From contig OZ240211.1 in the NCBI GenBank assembly GCA_965197525.1, positions 1,440,001 to 1,504,000 of the forward strand: a DNA stretch of 64,000 nucleotides, read 5' to 3'. Position numbers and translations under genes: made by a program. Each line of letters opens with the position of its first letter. Positions within the stretch are counted from its first letter, which is position 1. This DNA is from Nitrosopumilus sp. (GTDB lineage Archaea; Thermoproteota; Nitrososphaeria; Nitrososphaerales; Nitrosopumilaceae). The notes beneath the pieces are model-generated. The model ran no database searches. It was not told the DNA's origin and worked only from the letters and a program-made list of their open reading frames with translations. Below, piece by piece: positions 10,416 through 20,333 of this stretch.

Positions 10416-10489
10416 GATCTAAATAATACGACACATTCTATATAGTTTTTCATTTGTTATATAGTAAATCATTGAACTAATATTTAGAA

Positions 10490-10981
10490 ATGTTAAACCA
10501 CTATATGATGGATCATAATCTTAAACTCGAGCATTCACTTGATGCATTATTTGGTAATGGTGCATCAAAACGATTGCCAAACGATATTGAGATAGCTTTT
10601 TCACCTAAAACCGGAAGAATAAGGACCGTTTCACATAAAGGAGAACTGCTTTGTACGCTGAGAATTGACGGCAGTTTGGCAATTAGTGTTTATTTTGCAC
10701 AAGTGCTATTAAAAGATAAAACATTCAAACAAAATTGTGTAGAGGTTAACCAAGATGCCGCTCCGTTTGTTCAGCAAGGCAGATCAGTATTTTGTAAGCA
10801 TGTAATATGGTGTGGCAGGAGAGTATCTGTCTCTGCTGACACGCCTATATTATTTAAAAATCAGGTTATTGCAGTTGGTAAAGCACTTTTATCGTATCAA
10901 ATGATTACCGATTTGAATCGCGGTGTTGCAGTCAAGGTTAGAGATAGTTTAAAAAGTCGTAATGAGGAGATATTGTTATGA
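10490..10981 (+). CDS. PUA-domain protein (archaeosine TGT C-terminal-like)
   Basis: SPKTGRIR, FVQQGRSVFCKHV, AVGKALLS and GVAVKVR motifs of the PUA domain. Confidence 0.8.
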   Translation: MLNHYMMDHNLKLEHSLDALFGNGASKRLPNDIEIAFSPKTGRIRTVSHKGELLCTLRIDGSLAISVYFAQVLLKDKTFKQNCVEVNQDAAPFVQQGRSVFCKHVIWCGRRVSVSADTPILFKNQVIAVGKALLSYQMITDLNRGVAVKVRDSLKSRNEEILL

Positions 10982-11334
10982 TGCGAGGAGGTGCAGGCGG
11001 CGGAAATCGTGGAATGCGAAGAATGATGGATAAGATGGGCTTGGATATGAACGACATTTCAAACGTTCAAGAGGTTATAATAAAGACCGATAAAAAAGAG
11101 ATAATCGTGTCCAAACCTACTGTTAATGAGATGTCAGCTAAAGATTCTGTTACTTTTATTATATCTGCCCCAGATTTTGAGGAAAGAGAGCTAGAGGTTC
11201 CATTCTTCTCTGAGGAGGACATCAAAGTGGTATGTGATCAGACAGGAGTTGATCAAGAGAGAGCGAAAAATGCTCTAGAGGAGTCTGATGGTAATATCGC
11301 AAGGGCCATATTACTTTTAACTACTCCATCATAA
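10978..11334 (+). CDS. nac: Nascent polypeptide-associated complex (NAC) protein
   Basis: RRMMDKMGLDM, VQEVIIK and C-terminal UBA-like EEDIKVVCDQTGVDQERAKNALEESDGNIARAILLL. Confidence 0.92.
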   Translation: MMRGGAGGGNRGMRRMMDKMGLDMNDISNVQEVIIKTDKKEIIVSKPTVNEMSAKDSVTFIISAPDFEERELEVPFFSEEDIKVVCDQTGVDQERAKNALEESDGNIARAILLLTTPS

Positions 11335-11455
11335 GTGCAATAACCTGAATGTTGTGGTAATATCGCAAGGACCACCACATGATTAACAAATAATCACTGC
11401 ATTTGGGATTCAAAATGAATGATTTAAGTAATGGAATTATTAGATTTGAGATATA

Positions 11456-11791
11456 ATGTCTAGTATGCCAGAGTCCAAAGTTACTGGGATTATCACGTCT
11501 TTAAATCACTTGGAGGATTCACTTGATTCTCTAAACAGCAAAGTATCTGATATGAAGCAACAGCTTTCTGTGACGGCGCAAGCAGAGATTGATGCGCTGT
11601 TAAAGAAGACTCAAGAGATGGCCACAAAGGAGGCTGAGACTATTATTAACGCGTCAAAAGAGAAAGCGACTGCTGAATCAGAGGATATTGTCAAACAAGG
11701 TGATGCGAAACTATCTGAACTCCAATCAAACATTGATGCCAATTTTGATCAAGCAGTAAAACACGTAGTGTCAACTATTTTGAAGGCATAA
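11456..11791 (+). CDS. Coiled-coil protein, possible A/V-type ATPase peripheral stalk subunit H/G-like
   Basis: 111-aa Ala/Glu/Lys-rich helical sequence (EAETIINASKEKATAESEDI); assignment by resemblance only. Confidence 0.45.
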   Translation: MSSMPESKVTGIITSLNHLEDSLDSLNSKVSDMKQQLSVTAQAEIDALLKKTQEMATKEAETIINASKEKATAESEDIVKQGDAKLSELQSNIDANFDQAVKHVVSTILKA

Positions 11792-11896
11792 ATCTAAATC
11801 ATGTGTTGCACTTTATAAAATATCGATCCTCTTCAAAGCATTCGCATTGGTGTTGCAACTGTTTATGGTAAACCGTACTATAGATTTTCAACCTGC

Positions 11897-12478
11897 TTGA
11901 AGACACTTGACTTGTCATTTGATTCCATTCTTCCAGAAGAAATTACTAACTATTGCGGTGATATTATATTTACCACTAGAATGGAATATTCTCAAAAATC
12001 TAAGAAAGTCATATTTTATGAAGATATTTCTAAGCAGTATCCTCCTAGCGTAATTAGAGGTATATTGATACAAAAACTTGATCTACATTTTCAAGAAGAC
12101 GATTTAATCATTGGAGTTGATCCAGGGCAAAGAATTGGTTTGTCTATATTATATTATGGAACAGAGATTGAGAATTCATTTTATTCGTCAGTTGACGGAT
12201 TGGTATCTCACATCATTAGAGTTTTAGGAGTACTTCGAGCTAGAAGAAAAATTTTAAAGATTGGTAATGGTCATATGGAGATTGCAACACAGATTGTAAA
12301 AACACTCAATCTAAAATTTTGTTCATCTTTTGAATTAGAGTTCGTCGACGAGTACAAGACAACTATGAAGATCAAAAATTTCAATCAACGAGGAAGACGT
12401 GATATGCTCTCTGCAAAGTTTATCTCTTCACGTCAGGGGTCTAGACGTTCTATCTTACCACTATCTATTATTGGCTGA
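11897..12478 (+). CDS. Hypothetical protein with RNase H-like (YqgF/RuvC-type) segment
   Basis: IIGVDPGQRIGLSI, KIGNG, FVDEYKTT and RDMLSA motifs; the frame stays open upstream to 11819. Confidence 0.6.
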   Translation: MKTLDLSFDSILPEEITNYCGDIIFTTRMEYSQKSKKVIFYEDISKQYPPSVIRGILIQKLDLHFQEDDLIIGVDPGQRIGLSILYYGTEIENSFYSSVDGLVSHIIRVLGVLRARRKILKIGNGHMEIATQIVKTLNLKFCSSFELEFVDEYKTTMKIKNFNQRGRRDMLSAKFISSRQGSRRSILPLSIIG

Positions 12479-12803
12479 GTTATCTCTTTTGAGATGTCCA
12501 TTATAATCAACTTAACCATTAATTTTATCATACATCAACCAATATCTTGTTTTATTATGAATTTTACTCGTTTTTTAAACAAATATTGAAATTTTTTGTT
12601 AAACATCTATATTGATATTGTCTTATTTTGGATAAAAAATGCTTTCAAAAAAGCTATACATATTTATTGAAGTTTTTAATGTTTTTCTTGTAAAAATAAT
12701 TTTTAAGGCTATCTAATTTATAATATTTACAGTTTTTTATCAATTTTTCTATGGATTTTCTCGATCTATGCTTATATAGTTATGAATTCTATATGATCCT
12801 AGG

Positions 12804-13241
12804 ATGACATGTAAAGGAATTTGTGTTAGATACAAGGCTCAAAAGCCTGTTGGAACCGGAAGATATGCTTCAGGACAACGTCGATGCCAGATTTGCGAAA
12901 TATTCATCAAATGGGAAGGACTTTGGTGTCCATGCTGTGGATATAGATTAAGAACCAAACCACGTAATTTAAAATACAAAGCAAAATTACGCGCAAGAGT
13001 GGAAGCTGATTCTATTGAAGCAAAAACAACTAATGAAATCAGGACACAAGTTCAGGTAGTTGCAGCTAAATCAAAGACCAAGTCAAAAGTAAAGACTGCC
13101 AAGCCAAAGAGTAAAGAAAAAACTCCATGCAAGTACTGTGAAAAACTGTTTATCTATCCAGATAAGCATGAAAAGAACTGCAAGGTAAAGGCAGCAATTA
13201 CGACTTCTCAACTTGGTGAAACAATAGCAATAAAAGCGTAA
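12804..13241 (+). CDS. Zinc-finger protein
   Basis: CKGIC, CQIC, CPCC and a C-terminal CKYC..H..C motif; Lys-rich linker. Confidence 0.8.
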   Translation: MTCKGICVRYKAQKPVGTGRYASGQRRCQICEIFIKWEGLWCPCCGYRLRTKPRNLKYKAKLRARVEADSIEAKTTNEIRTQVQVVAAKSKTKSKVKTAKPKSKEKTPCKYCEKLFIYPDKHEKNCKVKAAITTSQLGETIAIKA

Positions 13242-13258
13242 GACGTGTTCATAGTTTA

Positions 13259-13600
13259 TTGACCTCTCCAAATGGATTTTTCCAGAAAACGGTACATTTG
13301 GAGAGCCGTTCTTTTTCTTTAAGAATTCAAAAATTTGAAAATGGTTATTTTATCTCCGTTACTGAAGGTCCTGATAAATTGGGTTCAATGGTTATCTCTT
13401 TGATGTCAGGCCCTGTTCCTGTCACAACTAGTATTACTCCATCTAGAACAGATTCATTATTTTTAAAACTTGTTGCACAAAGAGTTAGTACAAAGATGGG
13501 CGGTATTGCATTAGTGTCTACCTTTGTTCAAAAACAATTAGAGCCTGCTATTGCAAAAGGCTTAATGCTTGAGATTATGAATGTAATTGAGAATGAATGA
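13259..13600 (+). CDS. Conserved hypothetical protein (possible proteasome assembly chaperone-like)
   Basis: 113-aa ORF overlapping the ubiD-like start; function inferred only weakly. Confidence 0.6.
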   Translation: MTSPNGFFQKTVHLESRSFSLRIQKFENGYFISVTEGPDKLGSMVISLMSGPVPVTTSITPSRTDSLFLKLVAQRVSTKMGGIALVSTFVQKQLEPAIAKGLMLEIMNVIENE

Positions 13601-14928
13601 ATGATTTAAGAGACTATATATCACAAATTAAGAAAATCAAAGAACTAAAGGTCACAAAAACAAACGTTTCAACCAAATTTGAGATTGCGGGAATAACTGC
13701 CAAAGCCGACGGTCTGCATGCTGTATTGTTTGAAAATATCAAAGAGAGTAATTTTCGTCTAGTTGCTAATCTAGTTGGAACTAGAAGACGGTTTGGCATG
13801 GCAGTAGGCGGTACAGAATTTAATATTCACGAAAAAATTATTTCTGCAATAAAGCACGTAAAAAAACCTAAAATTGTTACAACTGGAAAGTTCATGGAGA
13901 ATTCATCAAAGAATCTTCTCTCTTTGCCTATTGTGACCCACTTTGAAAAAGAATCTGGTCCTTTTATTACATCCTCAATCGTGTATGTAAAAAATCCGGA
14001 AACCGGAAAACAAAATTCTTCTTTTCATAGATTAATGCCGATTGACAAAAATCATTTTTCGATAAGAATGGTAGAAGGCCGTCATTTGCATCGATGTTTT
14101 ATTGATGCCAAAGAACATAAAGAAGATCTCAACGTTGCTGTAACTGTTGGTGTCCATCCAGCTATATCAATTGCAGGTGCATATCAGGCAGATTGGGGGA
14201 AAGACGAGCTTGATATCGCTAATTCACTTTTACAAGGAAGACTAACTTTGGCTAAACTTCCCTTTACAGGATTGAATGTACCATCCGGTTCTGAAATTGT
14301 TATGGAAGGAAAGATACTGTCTGATAAAGCCCATCCTGAATGGATGGTTGAAATGCTTCAAACATATGATCACAAGAGATCTCAGCCTGTTTTTCAGCTT
14401 GAGAGTTTACACTTTAGAAATAATCCCATATTTCATGATATCTTATCTGGTTATTCTGAACACCGGTTACTAATGGGGATGCCAATTGAATCCAAACTAA
14501 ACGGAGAATTGAAGAAATCTTTTCCCCAAACATGCCAAGTTTCGATGACTAATGGTGGATGTAATTGGTTACATGCTGTTGTACAAATTAAAAAGAAAAA
14601 CAACTCTGATCCGATGAAGGTAATCAAAAAAACATTCCAATCACATCGCTCATTAAAGCAAGTCACGGTAGTTGATGATGATATTGATCCTAATAGTGCA
14701 GAATCTATTGAATACGCAATGGCTACACGATTCCAAGCAGATAAAGATCTCTATATTCTCAAAAATGTACGAGGGTCTAGTCTTGATCCTTCAAGTGATC
14801 AACGTAAATTACAAACTGCAAAGATGGGTATTGATGCAACAATACCTCAAAACAAGCGACCCGAGGGTTTTGAGCTGGCCAAAATTCCCAAGATTGGGAA
14901 GATCACGCTAGAGAAATATTTTAAATAA
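13597..14928 (+). CDS. UbiD family decarboxylase
   Basis: NSSFHRL, EIVMEG, VVDDDIDP, WAxATR-like YAMATRFQADKD and GSSLDPS motifs. Confidence 0.92.
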   Translation: MNDLRDYISQIKKIKELKVTKTNVSTKFEIAGITAKADGLHAVLFENIKESNFRLVANLVGTRRRFGMAVGGTEFNIHEKIISAIKHVKKPKIVTTGKFMENSSKNLLSLPIVTHFEKESGPFITSSIVYVKNPETGKQNSSFHRLMPIDKNHFSIRMVEGRHLHRCFIDAKEHKEDLNVAVTVGVHPAISIAGAYQADWGKDELDIANSLLQGRLTLAKLPFTGLNVPSGSEIVMEGKILSDKAHPEWMVEMLQTYDHKRSQPVFQLESLHFRNNPIFHDILSGYSEHRLLMGMPIESKLNGELKKSFPQTCQVSMTNGGCNWLHAVVQIKKKNNSDPMKVIKKTFQSHRSLKQVTVVDDDIDPNSAESIEYAMATRFQADKDLYILKNVRGSSLDPSSDQRKLQTAKMGIDATIPQNKRPEGFELAKIPKIGKITLEKYFK

Positions 14929-14976
14929 ACAATCTTAGCTACATTAAATTGGCTGTCTGTTGTTGATACAAACAGA

Positions 14977-15462
14977 TTGACCAAACAATCAAAAAATTCC
15001 CAAAAAAGCTCTTCTAAATCGCACGCTCAAGTAATTGTTAGAATGTTTCCATCTGATGCTAATCCTGCAGGAAATGTGTTTGGTGGTGAAATTTTAAAAC
15101 ACATTGATATGGTTGCAGGCATCGTTGCACAACGCCATTCACAATTACCTGCAGTTACCGTATCTATGGATAGTGTGACTTTTCTAAAACCAGTCTTTGT
15201 TGGCGATGTTCTCATATTGAATGCTCGGATAAACTATGTTCATAATTCGTCTATGGAGATTGAAGTAACAGTCAAAGCAGAAGACATGGTAACTGGCGTT
15301 ACAATTGTTACTGGAACTGCCTTTGTTACATTTGTAGCCATTGATAAGGATGGAAGACCCACACCTGTTCCAAAACTATCTCTTAAAACCGATTATGATA
15401 AGATAAAATTTGAAGAAGGCAGAATGAGAATGAATAGGAGATTAAAAGATCGGAAAAAATAA
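14977..15462 (+). CDS. Acyl-CoA thioesterase (hot-dog fold)
   Basis: DANPAGNVFGGEILKHID, VTVSMDSVTFLKPV and FVTFVAID motifs. Confidence 0.9.
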   Translation: MTKQSKNSQKSSSKSHAQVIVRMFPSDANPAGNVFGGEILKHIDMVAGIVAQRHSQLPAVTVSMDSVTFLKPVFVGDVLILNARINYVHNSSMEIEVTVKAEDMVTGVTIVTGTAFVTFVAIDKDGRPTPVPKLSLKTDYDKIKFEEGRMRMNRRLKDRKK

Positions 15463-15514
15463 TATTTTCTGGTAATTAGATTCATTTAAGAATAGTAAAA
15501 ACAATCATTAGTTA

Positions 15515-15928
15515 ATGTCTAAAACACAGAACAATAATGAGTGGGATTCTTTATGGCAAGAGTATGCCAAAGCACTTGAAAATTGGAAATCACTCTTTGA
15601 GCAGATCCAAAAAGCAAGTAATGATATGCAGACAAAGTTCAACGAAGTATGGGATAAGGCAACTGTTGAATCTAGTAGTGACACTATCAAATTATTTGGG
15701 GAAAATTGGCAGAAAGCTCTCAACGAAACGGGACTAAGTTCCTATAAAGAATTTACTGAAAATTGGCAGAAAGCTCTCAACGACACCAACGCATCTACTT
15801 TTAAGCAATTTACCGAGAGTTGGCAAAAGTCTTTTAGCTCATCCGGATTAGAACAGATGAATGCTTATGGTGAAATGATGAAGAAGTTTGCCGATACCTG
15901 GACTTCGATGTGGCCAAAATCCAGTTAG
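15515..15928 (+). CDS. Trp-rich amphipathic helical repeat protein
   Basis: Repeated ENWQKALN; exact 26-nt direct repeat at 15701-15726 and 15758-15783. Confidence 0.75.
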   Translation: MSKTQNNNEWDSLWQEYAKALENWKSLFEQIQKASNDMQTKFNEVWDKATVESSSDTIKLFGENWQKALNETGLSSYKEFTENWQKALNDTNASTFKQFTESWQKSFSSSGLEQMNAYGEMMKKFADTWTSMWPKSS

Positions 15929-16174
15929 ATTTTTGAATTGAGAGAAAAACTTCTCTTTTTTTGTACTTGCACTGGTTTAGAGATAATGACTGCTGTTGGC
16001 GTTGTTTCTTATTTGTTTTATCTCAATGCATTTATTCTCTCATTAATTTCTGGTTGTTTTTGGAAAATTGACTGTCTTTCATTTCATAATGCAATACTTT
16101 GATAACCAAAATCTAAAGAAACAGTATAATCAAAATATGAAAAGCATAAAACTGTGACTAGTCCATAATTTTTA

Positions 16175-16837
16175 ATGTCAGTTACTCAAAACGAATATTT
16201 TATAGAACTAGCTAGTTTTTCTGATTTAGCAAGGTATGCATGTGCTTTGCAAGAATACCCTAAACGAGTCTATTCACATCAGTTCAATAATTCCCGCATT
16301 ATTTCAAGCACTTTAACTTTAGCAAACACTTTACTAGTCTTTTATACCACTCTACCAAAATTTGGCAGATATGTTTCTTACAGGATTACTGCTAAAAAAG
16401 AGATCTGTGATATAGTGGATTCTACAAAAAGTATTGCAAATTATGCTCCAATTATTCATATGGAGTCTGGCATCTCTCCACTATTACCTGCAAAATCAGA
16501 TAAGATTGCTGATAAATTCTATCCGCTTAAAGTCAAAGATTTGGGAAGTTTGGCACGATTAACATACGATCATGAATTTCCAGAAGAGCATAATCTTACA
16601 CTTTATGCGTTCCCATATGATGATTCTTGGATACTAGGTTATATCACATCTCTTGATATGGATGAGGTGTATTATAATTTCAACTATATTGAACTGTCTT
16701 CTGAACCTGCAAAAAATTTTCTCAAATATCAAGGAAATCAAGGCAAAGATCCAGAATTTTTAGATGATTTTGCTAATGGATATTCGTATCTGCCGATTAT
16801 CAAAATAAAAGACGAGCATAGCATCTTTGGATTCTAA
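16175..16837 (+). CDS. Conserved hypothetical protein
   Basis: 220-aa ORF with internal duplication (SDLARY / GSLARL halves). Confidence 0.75.
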   Translation: MSVTQNEYFIELASFSDLARYACALQEYPKRVYSHQFNNSRIISSTLTLANTLLVFYTTLPKFGRYVSYRITAKKEICDIVDSTKSIANYAPIIHMESGISPLLPAKSDKIADKFYPLKVKDLGSLARLTYDHEFPEEHNLTLYAFPYDDSWILGYITSLDMDEVYYNFNYIELSSEPAKNFLKYQGNQGKDPEFLDDFANGYSYLPIIKIKDEHSIFGF

Positions 16838-16865
16838 GATTGAACGTATGTGAACACATGTAACC

Positions 16866-17013
16866 ACCCTCCTCCTAGTATCTATGTGATAGGCTGACCC
16901 CTAAATCGACATGGGCTTCGCGCCCTTGTGCATGAATGGGGGGGGGGGGGAGAGGAGGAGGATCCGAGCTGCTGTGTTCCTAGGCTTCGCGCCCTGATAG
17001 GTAATTGCAGCTT
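16866..17013 (+). ncRNA. Candidate IS110 bridge RNA / structured non-coding left end
   Basis: 13-nt hairpin cap GGCTTCGCGCCCT occurs twice (16914-16926, 16983-16995), each inside a stem plus internal loop. Also CCTCCTCCT 16868-16876 pairs with AGGAGGAGG 16953-16961, and GAGCTGC 16966-16972 pairs with GCAGCTT 17007-17013. Confidence 0.5.
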
Positions 17014-17055
17014 CCGGTCTGTCAGATGAATCCCAAAGGAGGTGAAAATAAAGGA

Positions 17056-18129
17056 TTGACAATAATAGGAACGAAAAAGATAGGAACGAAAAGTGTAGGA
17101 ATAGACATCGGTAAGAGGAGATGTATAGTGTGTATTATGAATGAAGATGGCGCCGTAATGGAGAGAACAGAATATGATAACACGTTTGAAGATGCTACAA
17201 AATTTGCTAAAAAGATAAAACAAGAATATGGAGAGTGCAAAGCTGCATGTGAAACAACCGGTAACATGTGGATAAAAACATTTGAGGCGTTTGAGAGTCA
17301 GAACATACCAATCAAACTAACAAACACATTCAAGATGAAGATAATATCAGAGACTAGTGTAAAGACTGATATTATTGATGCACGCAAGATTGCCGATTTG
17401 GTAAGAGTTGACATGATACCAAGATGCTATGTTGCGCCTGCTGACATACGAGATAACAGACAGCTATTAAGGCACAGGATTAGTCTGGTCCAAGACAGAA
17501 CAAAGGTGATTAATCATGTTCGGAATCTGCTTGACAAGTATGATATCAAAATAGGTGGATCAGAAATACACTCAAAAAAGTCATTGAAACAACTTGCAGA
17601 CACCAATCTTCGTGGAGATAACGATCAGTTCATGCTAAGACAATGCGTCAGACAGATACAGTATCTGAATGATGAGATAGAACATACAGAAGAAAAGATA
17701 GCACAACAAGCTTCAAAAAATGACTATGCACAGATTCTACCTAGCATGACAGGAATAGAGATATTTTCAGCCATGCTTATCGCATCAGAGATTGGAGATA
17801 TCTCAAGATTCAACACTGCAAAACAGCTAGTGTCATGGGCAGGCATGTGTCCACGAGTGTACCAATCAGGTAATACGACACATCATGGAAGAATAAAAAA
17901 AGATTCAAACAGACGAGTCAACTGGATAATGATTCAGGATGCCAACACTGCAGTACGTCATGATGGTATAATGAAGAGATTTTACGAGCAGGTCAAACAA
18001 AGACATGGCGGCAATCATCCAATTGCAATAACACATGTTGCAAACAAGATGATTACGATAATCTGGAATATGTTGACTGCCATAACCACGTACTCTACCA
18101 AAAGTAACGATGTATCAAAGAGAGCTTAA
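17056..18129 (+). mobile_element. IS110-family transposase (DEDD recombinase)
   Basis: VGIDIGK, ACETTG, KTDIIDA (DEDD) and C-terminal VSWAGMCPRVYQSG (catalytic Ser region). SD-like GGAGGTGA precedes TTG 17056. The last codons look frameshifted (KVTMYQRELKKISDAQ* in another frame). Confidence 0.95.
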
Positions 18130-18219
18130 AAAGATCAGTGACGCACAATGATGTAAGACTGGAATGCAATTGAGACAGACATAATGCTGTGAGCAATGGA
18201 TAGTTATCCACACAGGTGT

Positions 18220-18294
18220 TCACGTCATCCCTTAATCCGTGCCTAACTACAATCCACATCGACCTATCCATAAGCACGAATCAAGAGGGATGTG
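18220..18294 (+). repeat. Structured 75-nt segment downstream of IS110 transposase
   Basis: CATCCCT..AGGGATG and TTAATCCGTGC..GCACGAATCAA form a long stem; second copy at 5044-5119. Confidence 0.8.
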
Positions 18295-18357
18295 GTATGC
18301 ACTCAGGTCTCATTCGTTTATAGGTGTGATTTTACAGGATGCTACGTTTTTTTGTGC

Positions 18358-18692
18358 CTACGCAGACACCTGACCTGAGTGCATACGGGATGTGAACAGC
18401 ATGGCGCTCTGTCTTTCAGTACCGTCAGAGATCATCGCCCTGACGATTATCCATTCATTGTATAATATCAGAGAATAGTAAAAGCGCAGCATTCTGGATT
18501 CTATATTCGTGATTCGCGTCTTGGTCCCACACTCTTCTATTTTGCCGTATCCTGTCTCTATTCCCCATCTTTTGGCATACACCTAGGTCTTGATTGCAGG
18601 ATGGTTTGTTGCAAATCCGATGTATCTCTCTTCCGGGGCATCAGAGTCCTTGGCATTTTTTCTGTCAGTTATCATGATATAGAGTGGCGTCA
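18358..18692 (-). mobile_element. ISH3/IS4-superfamily transposase C-terminal remnant
   Basis: PEERYIGFATN..YAKRWGIETGY..YYSLILYNEW, homologous to 31397-31700; cut by the IS630 end. Confidence 0.8.
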
Positions 18693-18694
18693 TT

Positions 18695-19754
18695 AAGTCT
18701 TTGCAATTGCTTTTCTGAACATATACTGTTCAATATTATGATTGAATGTAGCGGTTCTTAGATATATCATTGCGGCTCGTGCACGGTCACTAACATGTTC
18801 ATGGTGTTCATACATGAAAGGTTGAATCTTTAACTGGTGCCAACATTCTTCAATTGCATTAAATTCAGGACATCCTGTAGGCAAATACATTATTCGCAGT
18901 CTAGAACTGTTTGCTTTTACAAATTTTTTAAACTTTTTTGTTTTATGTTGGGGTGCTGCATCCATTACAATGGCTACCTTGTCAGATAGTTCCAATAGTT
19001 TTTTAACAAATTTGAGAAACGTCGGATCGTTGAATTTTTTTTTCTGTAAAAAATATTGATGTGAGTCTGATATTGCACCATAAATTACACGTCTCTGATG
19101 ATCTCCAAAATAAACTCGGAGTATTTTTTGACCCACCGGCGACCATGGATCGCGCTTTGTGACATAGTCATGCATCAATATTGATTCATCCTGTACATAC
19201 AGCTCAAAACCGTCCCGTTTTACGCATGAAATCCACCATTTCAGGGATTTTTGCCACTCTTCTATCTGTTCACTAGATGCCTTGTGTTTGTGTGTGGAAT
19301 CCGGGTACCTTTGGAGTAAAGTTATGACGACGCAATATGTCACGTATTCCAGATTCGGTGTATTTTACTCCTGTATCTTTTTTTATTTTATATACAAGCT
19401 GCTTTGGAAAAATACCGTTTTTGACATTTGTTAAAAATTCTGTAATCTTATGATTGGCTATTTTTGGCGGGCGTCCAGATCTTGGTTTCTCATACAATCC
19501 TACAACTCCAAATTCTTTAAATCGCATAACCCAATTTTTAATTGTGTTGTAAGATTTGTAAAACAGCTGTGCGATTGTTGAAATCGTTTCATCTTCCTCT
19601 ACGACATTTAACACTGCAAGCATTCGTTCTTTTGCCTTTGTGTTTAATTCCCTCTTATATACACATATTAATTCCACATTCTGGTTTTCCACGATGGGCG
19701 ATAAATGTTTCAAGCTATAAATGTTTCTAGTGTTTTTGAAAATTGCAAAGACTT
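18695..19754 (-). mobile_element. IS630-family element, transposase split by a +1 frameshift
   Basis: Perfect 14-bp terminal IR AAGTCTTTGCAATT (18695-18708 / 19741-19754). HTH part 19273-19713 (YEKPRSGRPPK); DDE part 18693-19343 (QDES, VMDAAPQH, PEFNAIEECW). The stop codon uses the terminal TA. Confidence 0.92.
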
Positions 19755-20333
19755 TTTGACGTCACTCTAGTATGCGACAGAATGCCAATTGTTTTCAATC
19801 ACATTCTCCAAGATCTTCCCTCTCCTCCCTTGTTCAAACTCTTGCAGAGCAACATCCAAGCCGGCAGACAAGAACACAAAACGCATGACGCAGACACATC
19901 TGCGAATCGAGATAATAACCGTGCTTGCCCGGCACGAACCGCGCTATAAGACGCCGCCTGACATCGGATCACTGTGTTCGTACTAGACATCTACGACGTA
20001 CATCAAACATCAAATTTCAGACGTTCTGTTAGATGTACAAATAGATAGGATAAAAAACTGTTCATATTTTTAAAATGTTTGATACATCTATTATCAGAAA
20101 AGCCAGTACCTTTTCTGAAGATTAGGCTGTCATGTTCGGTTTTGCCTGCAGACGGATCTTTAAACTATACGCAATAGCCATCAAGCCTGTCTTTTTCTCA
20201 AAGATGACGATATTTGAAAGCACCGCATTGATTTTTAGACGTTAGATTAGGCTCACTTTTGGGTTAACTGTGGAATACCCAATCTTTTAAATAGCCACTG
20301 TGGATTATTGTATGATCATGGTGGAAATGTGAT

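Noticed and set aside
19755-20260. Possible further transposase fragments and a 10-bp direct repeat AGATTAGGCT
   Set aside because: No convincing motif could be read; too degenerate to assign.
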